Shown here one piece after another: positions 62,112 to 64,000 of a stretch of 64,000 bases of DNA. The notes beneath the pieces are model-generated. The model was not told where the DNA came from and did not search any database. It saw only the letters and a list, made by a program, of their open reading frames with translations. The stretch lies in NCBI RefSeq assembly GCF_009914755.1, contig NC_060937.1. One strand, 5' to 3'. The translations under genes were made by a program, and so were the position numbers. Origin of the DNA: the human T2T-CHM13v2.0 reference genome, Homo sapiens. Within the stretch, counting starts at the first letter, position 1, and each line of letters opens with the position of its first letter.

Positions 62112-62766
62112 GACATCGTTTAATGTTGAATTTGAAGTGATCTGTTTCCTTAATTGCTAGTTTTAAGCTACATTAAACAAACTGGGTAACTACTTGTGTG
62201 AGCTCCTTGGGACAATCACTTCTCCAAAATCTACTTCTCCCCTTAGACCTTGGGATTTTCTTAACCATCCCAGAATAGGGATCTCTATCCTGCTGAGAGG
62301 AGAAGCTACTTTTCACTTTCTAAAGCCTTGTGCACTCTCAAAGTAAAAAGAGAGAGGTGATAGAGAAAATCTTGAGGTGCTTGGGATCTCTGACAACTAT
62401 GCCACCTCCTCGCTGGGAATCTGCAAACTGAGTGGAAAGTAAAAGGGAGAAGGGGTAGAGCTGTGGTGGCGGCTGCTATTCACCAGGGCCAGGGTCCCCT
62501 GAGGGCTGGGCTCCAGCTTGGGCATGCAGTGGTGTACTCAGAGTATTTAACACCAGGTGTTTTCTACACACAAAATTACTTCCACTACTGGTCATGTAAT
62601 AATCATTATTCTCTCAATTTAAAATGATACATTTTAATTTTAGAGATATTATTTAGTAAAATATTTCAGGTATAAACTAAAATTGCAATTGCCAAACCAA
62701 AAAATCACACTTCATAGGTGGCACTCAGTTTCACTCTTTTACATTTTAAGCACACAAAAAGTTCCA

Positions 62767-63063
62767 GCTGGGTGAGGTGGCTCACACCCGTAATGCCAGC
62801 ACTTTGGGAGGCTGAGGTGGGAGGATTGCTTGAGGCCAGGAATTCAAGGCCAGACTTGACAGCGTAGTGAGATCCTATCTCTACAATTTTTTTTTTTTCC
62901 TAAAGCCAAGCATAATGGTACATACCTGTAGTCCCAGATACTGAGGAGGCTGAGGTGGGAGAATCACTTCAGCTCAGGAGGTCAAGGCTGCAGTGAGTTA
63001 TGATCATGTCATTGCACTCCAGCCGGGGTGACAGAGTGAAACTCTGTTTCAAAAAAAAAAAAA
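62767..63063 (+). mobile_element. Alu (AluJ-like)
   Basis: Diverged dimer with A-tail. Confidence 0.88.
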
Positions 63064-63071
63064 ATTCCAAC

Positions 63072-63519
63072 TGTGTTAGGGTTCTCTAGAGGGACAGAAC
63101 TAACAGAATAGATGTATGTATAAAGGAGAGTTTATTAAGGAATATTGACTCCCATGATTACAAGGTGAGGTCCCACAATAGGCAGTCTGCAAGCTAAGGA
63201 GCATGAAGCCAGTCCAAGTCCCACAGTTGAAGAACTTGGAGTCCGATGTTTGAGGGCAGGAAGCATCCAGCATGGGAGAAAGATATAGGCTAGGAGGCTA
63301 AGCCAGTCTAGTCCTTCCACGTTCTTTCGCCTGCTTTTATTCTGGCTGTACTGGCAGCTGATTAGGCTGTGCCCACCCAGACTGAGGGTGGGTCTGCCTT
63401 TCCCAGCCCATTGACTCAAATGTTAATCTCCTTTGGCAACACCCACACATACACACCCAGGATCAATACTTTGCATCCTTCAATCCAATCAGGTTGACAC
63501 TCAATATTAACCATCACAC
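63072..63519 (-). mobile_element. MLT2A-like (ERVL) solo LTR
   Basis: gttagggttctctagagggacagaactaa...tcaatattaaccatcaca. Confidence 0.85.
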
Positions 63520-63541
63520 AAGTCATCACATAAAATGATAA

Positions 63542-63934
<393 letters not shown>

Positions 63935-64000
63935 TAATGGGCTGGAAGCAAACTTGAGTGATTCCAAAGTGTTACCAATTTATTCTGAAAACACCTTTCT

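Overview
Human/primate genomic DNA, recognisable as the POMP - SLC46A3 - CYP51A1P2 interval (13q12.3 by recall). It holds the last exon and 3'UTR of POMP (+) and the whole SLC46A3 lysosomal MFS transporter gene (-). I could assemble SLC46A3 as a 1386-nt, 461-aa CDS over coding exons 2-6, plus a 463-aa '...DRAC' splice variant and a CpG-island promoter. Also present: a U6 retrocopy in SLC46A3 intron 5 and a TSD-bounded processed CYP51A1 pseudogene interrupted by a short L1. Most of the rest is transposon-derived: a full-length but dead L1PA nested in an older L1, LTR12F/MER52/MER67/MLT LTRs, about 35 Alu/FLAM copies and DNA-transposon fossils. Most ORFs in the track are repeat artefacts. I see no new multi-gene system. 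The best leads are regulatory: (1) a 49-bp element duplicated so that one copy follows each of the two alternative SLC46A3 stop codons, with one copy IRE-like; (2) an overlapping MiT/TFE M-box and ATF4 CARE site upstream of SLC46A3; (3) retroelement-donated poly(A) signals; (4) several templated-insertion repair scars. Repeat family names are from recall of consensus sequences, and repeat boundaries are approximate.
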